Assembly (NCBI GenBank): GCA_045106895.1 | Contig: JBGCFM010000062.1 | Location: forward strand, 32,001-96,000 | Origin: Polyangiales bacterium | GTDB taxonomy: Bacteria > Myxococcota_A > Polyangia > Polyangiales > Houyiibacteriaceae | Reading direction: 5' to 3' | DNA length: 64,000 bases | Shown here: in pieces, positions 1 to 9,115 of the stretch | Position numbering within the stretch: position 1 is the first letter of the stretch | Layout of the letters: every line of letters starts with the position of its first letter | The notes under the pieces: generated by a model | What the model was told of the DNA's origin: nothing | The model's input: only the letters and a program-made list of their open reading frames with translations | The model's database searches: none | Position numbers and translations under genes: made by a program

Positions 1-128
1 AGGGGCAGCCAGTTCCAGACTCGGCGGTGGAGGAACTTCTTCGAGTGCCCAAGATCCACCTTCGGGAGGCGAACGATGACGACGCCAATGACGGCGAGGA
101 GGATCAAGATCGGCAGAAACTCTTCCAT
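1..128 (-). CDS. Membrane protein, probably MFS transporter (OPA/GlpT-like), N-terminal fragment running off the window
   Basis: ATG at 128 reads MEEFLPILILLAVIGVVIVRLPKVDLGHSKKFLHRRVWNWLP, open to the edge. Hydrophobic start resembles myxobacterial MFS N-termini as I recall them. Not in the ORF track. Confidence 0.55.
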   Translation of the reverse strand, partial: MEEFLPILILLAVIGVVIVRLPKVDLGHSKKFLHRRVWNWLP

Positions 129-301
129 GGGGCGGATTCATATCACGCACTTGGGCCTGCCGGTGGAGATGACGTCAGAACGTGCCAATCACGCACACAC
201 GTGACGCATGGTTCACGCTTCGGACACTTCCCGGAGAGAAAGCTCCTCGAAACCCCGAAGAATCACGACGGCACGAGTCGTGCTTGCGCGATCCCCTACT
301 T

Positions 302-838
302 ATGCCTGCCAAACTGCTATTTCTCGCCCTTGTTGTCATGACCGTCGCTGGCTGCGGCCGAACGCGCTACCAGGTGGAGACCCAAGGTCAGGTGTATTCC
401 CTGACGAACCTCCATTCCGACGCCCGAGGACGCATCTCCTCGGTGAATTACACCAACGGAACGCGAATCCCGGTCTGCACGCCAGTGCAGTTTGGCGTCA
501 TCAACACCCGTCAGGCGCGCTTCACCCACTCCCAGACTGGACAGCGCTTCGCCTTTACGATGCATCGCTCGGCGCGATCGCCCATGGAGCAGCAGCTCGC
601 TCGCTACTTTGGCACCGCCTGCCCCAACGTGACGGCCATGTCCGCCGCCGACCAGGCCGGGATCGCGCAAGGTCAGGTAGCGCCGGGCATGACCAAGCAA
701 GGAGTGATCATGGCACTGGGTTACCCGCCCGAGCACCGCACGCCTTCGCTTCAGCAGGACACGTGGCGCTACTGGGGTTCGCGAAACCGCACCTTCGAAG
801 TCCACTTCGTCAATGGCGTGGTGGCTTCCGTTCAGTAG
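302..838 (+). CDS. Lipoprotein with C-terminal SmpA/OmlA (BamE-like) domain
   Basis: Signal peptide and lipobox VAGC after ATG 302; C-terminal GMTKQGVIMALGYP...WRYW...VHFVNGVV pattern. Confidence 0.75.
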   Translation: MPAKLLFLALVVMTVAGCGRTRYQVETQGQVYSLTNLHSDARGRISSVNYTNGTRIPVCTPVQFGVINTRQARFTHSQTGQRFAFTMHRSARSPMEQQLARYFGTACPNVTAMSAADQAGIAQGQVAPGMTKQGVIMALGYPPEHRTPSLQQDTWRYWGSRNRTFEVHFVNGVVASVQ

Positions 839-995
839 ACGACGCTTCGGGCTTGGTGGCCCGTACGTCCGAGCGTGACCGGCGCGGACCAACATGGACT
901 CGTCGCCTGGACACGCTTGAACCCCGAGTCGTCGCCGAGCGAGTCACCTGCACCAACGCCCCCACTGCGCGTCGCGACCGGACACCGCGCCATCC

Positions 996-1739
996 TTGAA
1001 ACGGCACGGGGGACTGTCTTCGCTCACTTCTGGTGCAATCCCCATCGAGGTGTTGCGGGAACCATCAAGCGACGATCCGCGGACTCAAGTTCGTGTTCGC
1101 TTCCTGGACGGGTCGGTAGTCCTCGAAGGGTTCATCGAGGGCGACGTCGAAGAGCATGGCCGCCGCTGCGGCCCGCGCGTTGTGCAACGCCCCATGATGA
1201 CGCGTGGACTGGTCATCGCCACCGACGGTCGCGTCCTCGACGCTGGCACGCCTGAGCCCGTCGTTCCTGAAGGGTATGTTCGCCCAAGCCTCGTCGCACG
1301 GTTTCGCCTGCCACGCTGGGTTTGGATTCAGGAGTCACCCATTTTCCAAAGCCGACGAACGTGCCGCCGCTGGCGCTTCCGGCGTTCGCCTGAGGGCGGC
1401 CGGCTAGAGCACCGAGAGGTCGTGGACGAGCCTGAAGGTGGCGCTTACGCGACGACGATGAGCCACACGCTCGAGGAGCATCCGCCAGAGATGCGTATGT
1501 ACAACCGAAGCTGGACCGTCGAGATCCGTCGTCGCGACCCGCGGGGAGGAATGCCGAGGGGCAACGGGGCTGTAGGGGGGCTCTTCGACCTCACTGTCGT
1601 GTCCGACAAAGCCGAGGTCATCACGCTCGTCGAGGGCTCTCGTATACTCGCCTACCATCCAGACGACGCTCTCCACTGGTACCGAAGCGCGGAGGCATGC
1701 GAGGCAACGCTCCAAGCGCCAGAACCAAGCGAGGAGTGA
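996..1739 (+). CDS. Hypothetical protein (start uncertain)
   Basis: Longest ORF filling the gap, protein-like composition, TTG start without RBS. Confidence 0.45.
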   Translation: MKRHGGLSSLTSGAIPIEVLREPSSDDPRTQVRVRFLDGSVVLEGFIEGDVEEHGRRCGPRVVQRPMMTRGLVIATDGRVLDAGTPEPVVPEGYVRPSLVARFRLPRWVWIQESPIFQSRRTCRRWRFRRSPEGGRLEHREVVDEPEGGAYATTMSHTLEEHPPEMRMYNRSWTVEIRRRDPRGGMPRGNGAVGGLFDLTVVSDKAEVITLVEGSRILAYHPDDALHWYRSAEACEATLQAPEPSEE

Positions 1740-1808
1740 TGTGCTGACGCGCTGCGAGTGAAACGCGCAGACGTTGGCAAAGAGACGAGGTCGACGCATA
1801 GTGCTCGG

Positions 1809-2702
1809 GTGAGTGAGGACTTACCGCTTCCGGACTTCGACGCTGAACCAGCAGAGGCGCTCCCGCCTGCTCCCGCGACGAGCGCACATGACGCGGCGCT
1901 CCTCGCCGTCGAGGCACGAAACGCGAAGCTCGCCGGGGCTCCGACGCTTCCTCTCCCCTCGGCACCCCCGCCGCCGAGCGCTGACATTCGCGAAGTGGTT
2001 TACGAAGAGGTCCCGCACCCGGGTTTCGAGGAACGTTTCGGCGCTGCGTTTCGAGCGCCCTTCGTCGGCGGCGGCATCCTATGGCTCGCCGCCATCGCGT
2101 TGAGCGTTTTCTCGGCGGCGTTCATCGCGAACATTCCCAAGCTCTTCATCCTCGCCCTACCCGCCAGTTTCGCTCTGGCAGCGGCGCTACAGGCGGTGCA
2201 CTTTGGCCAAGCGGCGAACGCAGGCATGCACGACGAGGGCGACAAGATACAAGCGATGTGGGCGTTCCCCGCCCGCGACGAGTTGAGCCAGCTCGGTCTC
2301 GCCTTCGCCTTTTCCGCGGCGGCGCTTTTGGCCCCAGCCATCGCCGCCGCGCACGTCGGTCAGCCAGGGCTCGCCCTCCTCGCCATCATCGGGTTCCTGT
2401 TTTACTGGCCGATGTCTCTGGTGGGCGTGGGAATCAGCGGCAGCGTGATGACGCTCTTTCGTCCGTTGCTCATGACGCTCATGATCGTTCGAACCTTTGG
2501 ACATTACGTTCGCGTCGTCGGCGTCGCGGCCATATTGCTTCTCCCGCCCATCGCGTTGTGTCTCCTCGGCGGCGGTGGCCTCCAGTTCCTCGGCGCGCTC
2601 TGGCTGGCTCCAGCCCTCGCCTACGCCTCCGGCGTGCTGGGCTTCATGATGGGCTGCCTCGCAGCCACACGCGTCGAAACCTTCCGTGCCTTTCGCAACT
2701 AG
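1809..2702 (+). CDS. Hypothetical integral membrane protein
   Basis: Pro/Ala-rich N-terminus followed by about six hydrophobic helices; GTG 1809 preferred over 1758. Confidence 0.7.
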   Translation: MSEDLPLPDFDAEPAEALPPAPATSAHDAALLAVEARNAKLAGAPTLPLPSAPPPPSADIREVVYEEVPHPGFEERFGAAFRAPFVGGGILWLAAIALSVFSAAFIANIPKLFILALPASFALAAALQAVHFGQAANAGMHDEGDKIQAMWAFPARDELSQLGLAFAFSAAALLAPAIAAAHVGQPGLALLAIIGFLFYWPMSLVGVGISGSVMTLFRPLLMTLMIVRTFGHYVRVVGVAAILLLPPIALCLLGGGGLQFLGALWLAPALAYASGVLGFMMGCLAATRVETFRAFRN

Positions 2703-2706
2703 GCGA

Positions 2707-2867
2707 CTAGTGTGAGATTCAGAAAGGTTGAGGGGGAGGGCGAAGGCAGCGCTGTTCGGACCAAGGCGCGAGGAGGAGGAATATCTGGATATTTCGACGA
2801 CGAGCAACGCAGGGCTGAGCAGCGCTGACGAGAAAGCCCCCCTCAAGATTTTTGAATCGCACGCTAG
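2707..2867. mobile_element. Palindromic MITE-like element flanked by CTAG
   Basis: CTAG at 2707-2710 and 2864-2867; imperfect terminal inverted repeats TGTGAGATTCAGAAAGGTTGAGGGGG / CCCCCTCAAGATTTTTGAATCGCACG; inner stem CAGCGCTGTTCGG / CTGAGCAGCGCTG; lies between convergent genes. Confidence 0.65.
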
Positions 2868-5116
2868 CGAGAGCGAATGAATGAGATCCGCTCAAGCCAC
2901 TCTTGGGCTTCGTGTTCGAGCGCCGGGTCCGATAGAGCCCGACGCCAAAGCTCCGCCGCACGTTCGAAGTTCTCGTTCCCGGCGTGGGCCAGCGCCAGGC
3001 CACGAGTGAGCTCACGGCTGAGAGCAAGGGTTGGCAGACCTCGAAGCGTGGCGAGTTCAAAGCGCTGCGCCGCGCGCCCGTAATCCCCCGCGGCCAAGAG
3101 CTGTCGCCCCACCAAGTAGTAGCCGAGGCCGTCGGTCCGCAGGTCGGCGACATCGCGTGCGAGGTCCACGATTTCAGCCGTCGTGGGAACGCGCGGCGCC
3201 TCGTCCACAAAGATGCGACGCACGCGCGCCTCCACGCCTCCACCCGCCATCAAGCCCAAGAGCTTCACTTCACGAAGGCGCCGCTCCCCTGCGCTCTGAG
3301 GCTCCGAGAGTAGCCGCCGGTAGATGCGCCGGGCGCGCCGGCGCTGACCCCGCGCCCAAGCGGCATCGGCGATGGACTCATACGCGCGGGCACGTACTTG
3401 AGGAGGCGCGCCGGAGAGCCCCTGAAGGAACACGTCCGCTTGTTCGTGCCGACCGAGGCGAGACGCGACACCGACGAGGGCCGCGCGTGCATCGAGGGCC
3501 GCAGGCTCGATGGCCAGTAGCTCTGCGCAGGTGCGTTCGGCGGCGGAATCGTCGCCGGCGCTCAAGTCGGCGCCCAGTTGGCCCCGAAGGCGCGCCATCT
3601 TGTGCGGGCAAACACGTTCAAAAATGCTGCCGCGTTGAAAGCGAAGCTCCGCGAGACCCATCGCGCCCGGCGGCAGCACGATCTCGTCGAGGAACTCGTG
3701 CCATGCCGCCTCGAGCTCGGAGAGATCCTCGACGACGTCGAAGCGACCGGCGCGGTGCGCCTCCCGAAGCGCGTCTGTGCCATGGCGCGCCGCGAAGAAG
3801 CGGGTAAGGGACCCCGCCGCTGCGTAGGAGCGACGCGAGTCAAAGCCGAGGAAACCCACGTCCTGAAGTTCGCTCGCGCGCGGAAGGATCTCCATCTCGC
3901 GCATGGCCTTCGACCAGCCGTGGGGGTCGAGGCCGTCGCTCTCGGGCCAATCCAGTGCCACGGCGATTCCTTCGATGAGCATCGCGTTTGGAAAGTAGCC
4001 ACCGAAGGTACCGCTAACGCGAAAGGGACCGCGGGCCGCCTGGGCGGCGACGGCGTGGACAACCTCGTGACCCAGAACTGGGTGCGGCCACCCGGCCATC
4101 TGCAGGTGAACTTCGCTTCGCCACGGCTTTGCGATGAAGGTGCGGCCAGCGCCCATGAAGCGCATTTTTTCCGCGGCGTCACGGTAGAAGAAAGCGTGGA
4201 CAGGCGAGGGTTGAGTCACTCCGAGCAGGCGCTCCGCACGAGCCACGCGAAAGTCGCAGTCCGCCAAGAGACGACGCGACGCCTCACGCTCAAGCTCGCG
4301 GGGGTGATGCACTACACAGCGCCGACTTCGACGCGTGACCCCGAGGTGTTCCGCGATGTCGTCAACGGTGGCGCGGTGACCGAGCGTCGCGCCGGCGCGG
4401 TGCCCCCACACGCTGAGGGCCAAGAGCGTGACGGAAACGATGAGGGCCGCCTGCTTGAGACGGCCTCGGCTAAGCCGCAGCCATACAAACGCGAGAAGCG
4501 TAAAGATCCAGAGAAGCGTCAGGGCGCGAAACGTCAGTAGCTCCAGGGGAAAGCTGCGTCCCACGTCGTAGAGCGTGCCGGGGAACCAGCCCAAGAGATG
4601 GCTGAACACAAAGATCGCGGGGGAAGACCAAAACTCGTGGAGCCCAAAGAAGAGCGCGACGAGAGGCGCGAGGCCGGCGAACAAGAGCGCGCGTTTTCGC
4701 ACGAAGACGCCGATGGCGGCGCCGAGGACGGCCCCCAAAACAATGCTTGGAAGTGGCCCCGCCACCATGAAGAGGAAGCCCATGCCCGGCTCGCATTGGC
4801 GCACACGCAGCGCGTTGAGCGCGAGCAGCAGCACCGGGATCAGCCATGTCGCGAGCGCCAGAACAAGGGCGGCGCGAAAGGCCGCGAGAGGTTGCTTGCG
4901 ACGTGAACGCGCGAGCGCCGCAGCGCATGGCGTCACAAAGAACGGAAACGCCGCGCCAATGGCAAAAGCGGCTTCAATTCCGTGCACCCCAAAGAGCGGA
5001 AACGCCACACAGGCGAGCGAGCCGATGAGCGCGAGGCTGAGGCCCACGCGCGTCGCCCGCTCCTTGAGCAAGACGCGAATGAACGCGCGGGCTCCACCAA
5101 CGATCGTCGCACTCAC
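2864..5116 (-). CDS. Multi-pass membrane protein with gluzincin (peptidase MA-like) domain and C-terminal TPR-like repeats
   Basis: About seven TM helices, then HEVVH plus downstream EGIA third-ligand motif, then helical repeats; start overlaps lon stop by 4 nt. Confidence 0.75.
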   Translation of the reverse strand: MSATIVGGARAFIRVLLKERATRVGLSLALIGSLACVAFPLFGVHGIEAAFAIGAAFPFFVTPCAAALARSRRKQPLAAFRAALVLALATWLIPVLLLALNALRVRQCEPGMGFLFMVAGPLPSIVLGAVLGAAIGVFVRKRALLFAGLAPLVALFFGLHEFWSSPAIFVFSHLLGWFPGTLYDVGRSFPLELLTFRALTLLWIFTLLAFVWLRLSRGRLKQAALIVSVTLLALSVWGHRAGATLGHRATVDDIAEHLGVTRRSRRCVVHHPRELEREASRRLLADCDFRVARAERLLGVTQPSPVHAFFYRDAAEKMRFMGAGRTFIAKPWRSEVHLQMAGWPHPVLGHEVVHAVAAQAARGPFRVSGTFGGYFPNAMLIEGIAVALDWPESDGLDPHGWSKAMREMEILPRASELQDVGFLGFDSRRSYAAAGSLTRFFAARHGTDALREAHRAGRFDVVEDLSELEAAWHEFLDEIVLPPGAMGLAELRFQRGSIFERVCPHKMARLRGQLGADLSAGDDSAAERTCAELLAIEPAALDARAALVGVASRLGRHEQADVFLQGLSGAPPQVRARAYESIADAAWARGQRRRARRIYRRLLSEPQSAGERRLREVKLLGLMAGGGVEARVRRIFVDEAPRVPTTAEIVDLARDVADLRTDGLGYYLVGRQLLAAGDYGRAAQRFELATLRGLPTLALSRELTRGLALAHAGNENFERAAELWRRALSDPALEHEAQEWLERISFIRSR

Positions 5117-7491
5117 GGTGCCGGGCTTGGAGCGTCCTTCGGCACATCCGGCATGTCCAAGAGGAGCGGCAGCGCGTCCGCGATCTTCCCGACGAAGCGA
5201 ATGTCGAGGTCCTTGCGCACTTCGTCAGGCACCTCGTCGAGGTCCGGCTTGTTTTGCGCAGGCAATACGACGCGCTTGATTCCGTGGCGGTGAGCGGCGA
5301 GGCACTTTTCTTTAACGCCGCTGATGCGAAGGACATTCCCGCGAAGGGTGATTTCTCCGGTCGTCGCAGCGTCGGGTCGCACACGGTGACGTGTGAGCAT
5401 GGAAGCGATGGCGGCGACGATGGGGAGCCCCGCGGATGCGCCGTCCTTGGGCACCGAACCTTCGGGCAGGTGAACGTGGATGTCGATCTTCTGGAGGAAG
5501 TCGTCGGGCAGACCGAAGCTCGCCGAGCGCGCACGAACATACGTGAACGCCGCTGCGACGGACTCCTGCATCACATCGCCGAGCTGGCCCGTGACACGAA
5601 CCTGACCTGACCCCGGCATGCGGCGCGCTTCCACATGGAGCAACTTTCCGCCGGCGGGCGTCCACGCGAGACCCGTCGAGAGGCCCGCGGCGGGGTTTTT
5701 GTCGCGTTCTTCGACGTGATAGCGCGGCGCGCCGAGGACCGATTCCACAAACGCGGGATCCGCGATCTGCGAGACGTCTTCCCCCTGCGCAAAACGCACA
5801 GCGACGGCGCGACATACGGCGGCCACCTGTTGTTCAAGGCGACGCACTCCGGCCTCGTTGGTGTAGCCATCGACGAGGGCGTCGACGCCTTCGGACGCAA
5901 AGTCGAGGCGCTCGGGCGTGAGTCCGTGGTCTTCGAGCTGGCGCGGGATAAGGAAGGAGCGCGCGATGGCCTTCTTCTCTCTTCGCGTGTAGCCGGGCAA
6001 ATCGATGACCTCCATGCGATCAAGGAGAGGGCCGGGAATCGTGTCCTTGCGGTTCGCCGTCGCGATAAAGAGGACGTTGCTCAAGTCGAAAGGCAGGTCG
6101 AGATAGTGATCAGCGAAGGTCGAGTTTTGCTCCGGGTCGAGAACTTCCAAGAGAGCGCTGGCTGGGTCGCCGCGACTTCCGCGTCCTAACTTATCGACTT
6201 CATCGAGGAGCATGACGGGGTTACGGCTACCGGCTTTCTTGAGACCCGTGATGATACGACCCGGGAAAGCGCCGACATAAGTCCGGCGATGACCGCGGAT
6301 CTCGGACTCGTCGCTGACGCCACCGAGGGCGACGCGCACGAACTGCCGCCCCGTCGCGCGCGCGATGGAGCGAGCGAGGGAGGTTTTGCCGACGCCGGGC
6401 GGTCCTGCGAAGCAGATGATCGGGCCTCGCTGATCGTGACGAAGACGGCGAACGGCGATGTACTCAAGGATACGTTTCTTGGGCTTCGACAGGCCATGGT
6501 GATCCTCGTCGAGGACACGACGCGCCTCGGAGACGTCCAGGCGGTCCGGCGTGGTCTTCTTCCACGGGAGGTCCGTCAGCCATTCCACGTACGTGCGCGC
6601 GACGTTGAACTCGCCGCTCGCAGAGTTCATCGTGTGCATGCGCTTGAGCTCTTTGCGCGCCGCTCTCTCTGCTTCGATGGGAAGATCGCGGCTGGCGACG
6701 CGCTCCCGCAGCATCTCGACATCGTCCTCATCGTCGGGCTCGCCGAGCTCTTCTTTGATGGCGCGCAGCTGCTGGCGAAGAAGGTACTCGCGCTGCGAAC
6801 GCGACATCTCCTCCTGCACCATCGTGGAGATCTCTTTCTTGACGCGATAGACATCGCTCTGCCGGCCCACGAGCTCGAGGACTTTTCGAAGTCGGTCGCG
6901 CACATCGAGTGTCTCGAGGACCGACTGCTTGGCGTCGTTTCCAACGGGAAGGTTTGACGCGACGAGGTCCGCCAGGGCTCCTGGCTCTCGCACGTTGTCC
7001 AAGATGGTGCTGGCGTCGCGGGGCTGGTTCGGAAGAAGCGTCGTCAACGAGCGCGCCGCTTCGCGAAGGTGTGCGGCGAGCGCCTCTACCTCTTCGCCCA
7101 CTGCGGGACGTTCATGAATACGTTCGATCTTGGCGCTCAGACACGGCGAGCGACCTTCGAGGTCGAGCAGGCGCATGCGCGAGGCCCCCTGCAGCACTAC
7201 CGAGTAGTTGCCGGAGCTCAGCCGAATCACTTTCAATATGCGCGCGACGGTGCCGAGGTGATGAATCTCGCTGAAGTCAGGATCTTCGATCTCCGGCTTT
7301 CGTTGAGCGACGACGCCAATGAGCGGTCGCTCGACTCCTTCACCGACGACTTGCTCGATGAGCTTCACCGAACGCGCTCGTCCCACGTTGACGGGAACGA
7401 CCGATGCCGGGAAAAGCACGGAATTTCGGAGGGGTAGGATGGGAAGGACCGGGGAAGGATCCGTCGGAAAAAGTGAATCAGTGGGGGCCAC
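5113..7491 (-). CDS. lon: ATP-dependent protease La (Lon)
   Basis: LPILPLRNSVLFP N-domain, Walker A GPPGVGKT, Walker B LLDEVDK, catalytic PKDGASAG Ser and GVKEK Lys. GTG 7491 chosen; the 1024 aa ORF is over-extended. Confidence 0.95.
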   Translation of the reverse strand: MAPTDSLFPTDPSPVLPILPLRNSVLFPASVVPVNVGRARSVKLIEQVVGEGVERPLIGVVAQRKPEIEDPDFSEIHHLGTVARILKVIRLSSGNYSVVLQGASRMRLLDLEGRSPCLSAKIERIHERPAVGEEVEALAAHLREAARSLTTLLPNQPRDASTILDNVREPGALADLVASNLPVGNDAKQSVLETLDVRDRLRKVLELVGRQSDVYRVKKEISTMVQEEMSRSQREYLLRQQLRAIKEELGEPDDEDDVEMLRERVASRDLPIEAERAARKELKRMHTMNSASGEFNVARTYVEWLTDLPWKKTTPDRLDVSEARRVLDEDHHGLSKPKKRILEYIAVRRLRHDQRGPIICFAGPPGVGKTSLARSIARATGRQFVRVALGGVSDESEIRGHRRTYVGAFPGRIITGLKKAGSRNPVMLLDEVDKLGRGSRGDPASALLEVLDPEQNSTFADHYLDLPFDLSNVLFIATANRKDTIPGPLLDRMEVIDLPGYTRREKKAIARSFLIPRQLEDHGLTPERLDFASEGVDALVDGYTNEAGVRRLEQQVAAVCRAVAVRFAQGEDVSQIADPAFVESVLGAPRYHVEERDKNPAAGLSTGLAWTPAGGKLLHVEARRMPGSGQVRVTGQLGDVMQESVAAAFTYVRARSASFGLPDDFLQKIDIHVHLPEGSVPKDGASAGLPIVAAIASMLTRHRVRPDAATTGEITLRGNVLRISGVKEKCLAAHRHGIKRVVLPAQNKPDLDEVPDEVRKDLDIRFVGKIADALPLLLDMPDVPKDAPSPAP

Positions 7492-7746
7492 GCGCGCACA
7501 ATACCCGCTCTGGCGGCCACGATCGATGAAGAGCTGCTTCAGAGACGATTCCTCCCGCCGTAATGGTTGGCCTGGCGAATCGCGGAAGCCTCTGATAGAG
7601 ACAGGCCGGCTGTGATGAGCTGGAGGCTCACTCAAAACTTGAGCAGTAGGTCCTTGTCGTGTAATGTCGCACATGTAGGACACGCTGCCCAAGCCTGGGC
7701 ACTCTGGAACAAGCACCCACTTCAACGCGAAGCGAAACGAATCCCC

Positions 7747-7944
7747 ATGAAGTCGACCACAATGCTCGCCCTCTCCCTCTCCTTCCTTTTGACCGGCTGC
7801 AACGCCGCGATGTGGGGGAATATGGCGGTCCTCGTGGTCACCTTCGGCATCTTTTTCGGAACGCTTGGCCTCGGCCGAGTCTCCTCCGACGCTTCCCGCT
7901 CCCGCGCTGATGCCTCCACGTCGGTTTCGCCGACCCAGCGCTGA
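7747..7944 (+). CDS. 65-aa small lipoprotein-like membrane protein
   Basis: MKSTTMLALSLSFLLTGC signal/lipobox, a second hydrophobic helix, stop 10 nt before the next gene. Confidence 0.65.
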   Translation: MKSTTMLALSLSFLLTGCNAAMWGNMAVLVVTFGIFFGTLGLGRVSSDASRSRADASTSVSPTQR

Positions 7945-7954
7945 GCGCGCGTAG

Positions 7955-9112
7955 ATGGAGAGCCTCGAAGGTAGCGAAGAGAAGACCGATGGCTCGGACG
8001 AGTTCGCCAAACTCTCCCGCCTAACCCTCGCAGAGCTTGAAGGCATTCGCCTGGTTCTCCGAGGCGGCTCAGTCATCGACTGGCACCGCCTGAACTTCCG
8101 AACGCGTACGGAGATCGACAACCTTCTTCGAGCGCACGAGCTCGACATGAATGAACCCGCGGACCGCGCGCGGACCGAAGCCGTCAAGAACGCCGCAGTT
8201 TCCTACCTGCGGCGCAAGTTCGACTTTCCGGTACCAAAGCGCGTCGCCGCTCTCGACATCGAGCACATGCTGCAGCTCGCGTCGAGCAAGGGCCATCGAC
8301 AGCTTTGTGCCTGCGCGATCTTGAAGGTGATGCACATCATCCACCACCTCGAGGCGCGAGAGCTGCTCTTCATGCTCCCCACCTCGGACGAAGAGCTCTT
8401 TCATCTCGTCGAGCAAAAGGTCTACCGCGTCGTCGGCGGAGCGCTCGCTCGTGGGTTCCCCATCGTGGAGTTCATCGGCGGACGAAAGAACCGAGACTCC
8501 CTCTACACGAAGCTGCTCTCTAAACAGGAAGTCAGCGCGGCTCAGATCTACGACAAGCTTCGCTTCCGCATCGTCACAAAGACAGTGGACGACGTGATCC
8601 CCATACTGAACCACCTCACGCGTGAGGTCTTTCCGTTCAACTACGCGATCCCGCGGGAGTCGACGAACTCCCTCGTGCACTTCAAGAGCTACCTAGAGTC
8701 CCGCGACGATCTGCGAGCCCATCAAAAGTCGCTTCAGTTTAGCCCGAACCTCGAAGACGGCGGAAACGAGCTCGTCGACAATGAGTTTAGTTCCCGTGCG
8801 TATCGCGTCGTCCATTTCGTCGTCGACATGCCGATTCGCCTGCCAGACAAGCTCCTCGCGGAGGCGCCCCCGGGTGCTTGGCCACTCGGTCGCATCGTCT
8901 TCGTGCAGACCGAGTTTCAAATCTTGGACCACGCGACGGACCGCTCCAACGAACACGGCGACGCCAGCCACGCCGCGTACAAAGAACGCCAGCAAGAAGC
9001 CGTTGTTCGGCGCTTGAAGGTGGGCATGGTCGGAACTCGCGACGATCCGGGACCTGGCCACCGTTTGTCCGTGGCGCCGCCGGCACCCCCGGCGACCTGG
9101 GAAGAAGAGTAG
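7955..9112 (+). CDS. TIGR04552-type protein with RelA/SpoT-like synthetase motifs
   Basis: N-terminal LRGGSVIDWHRL signature; GRKNRDSLYTK, IYDKLRFRI, YRVVH, EFQI and HAAYK motifs. Confidence 0.85.
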   Translation: MESLEGSEEKTDGSDEFAKLSRLTLAELEGIRLVLRGGSVIDWHRLNFRTRTEIDNLLRAHELDMNEPADRARTEAVKNAAVSYLRRKFDFPVPKRVAALDIEHMLQLASSKGHRQLCACAILKVMHIIHHLEARELLFMLPTSDEELFHLVEQKVYRVVGGALARGFPIVEFIGGRKNRDSLYTKLLSKQEVSAAQIYDKLRFRIVTKTVDDVIPILNHLTREVFPFNYAIPRESTNSLVHFKSYLESRDDLRAHQKSLQFSPNLEDGGNELVDNEFSSRAYRVVHFVVDMPIRLPDKLLAEAPPGAWPLGRIVFVQTEFQILDHATDRSNEHGDASHAAYKERQQEAVVRRLKVGMVGTRDDPGPGHRLSVAPPAPPATWEEE

Positions 9113-9115
9113 ATC

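Noticed and set aside
875..1255. Possible frameshifted N-terminus for the 996..1739 gene
   Set aside because: The alternate frame looks partly protein-like, but there is no slippery site or recognisable homology to support it.
7492..8187. N-terminal 232 aa of the 1024-aa Lon ORF
   Set aside because: Antisense to the microprotein and TIGR04552-type gene; Lon homology begins just after GTG 7491.
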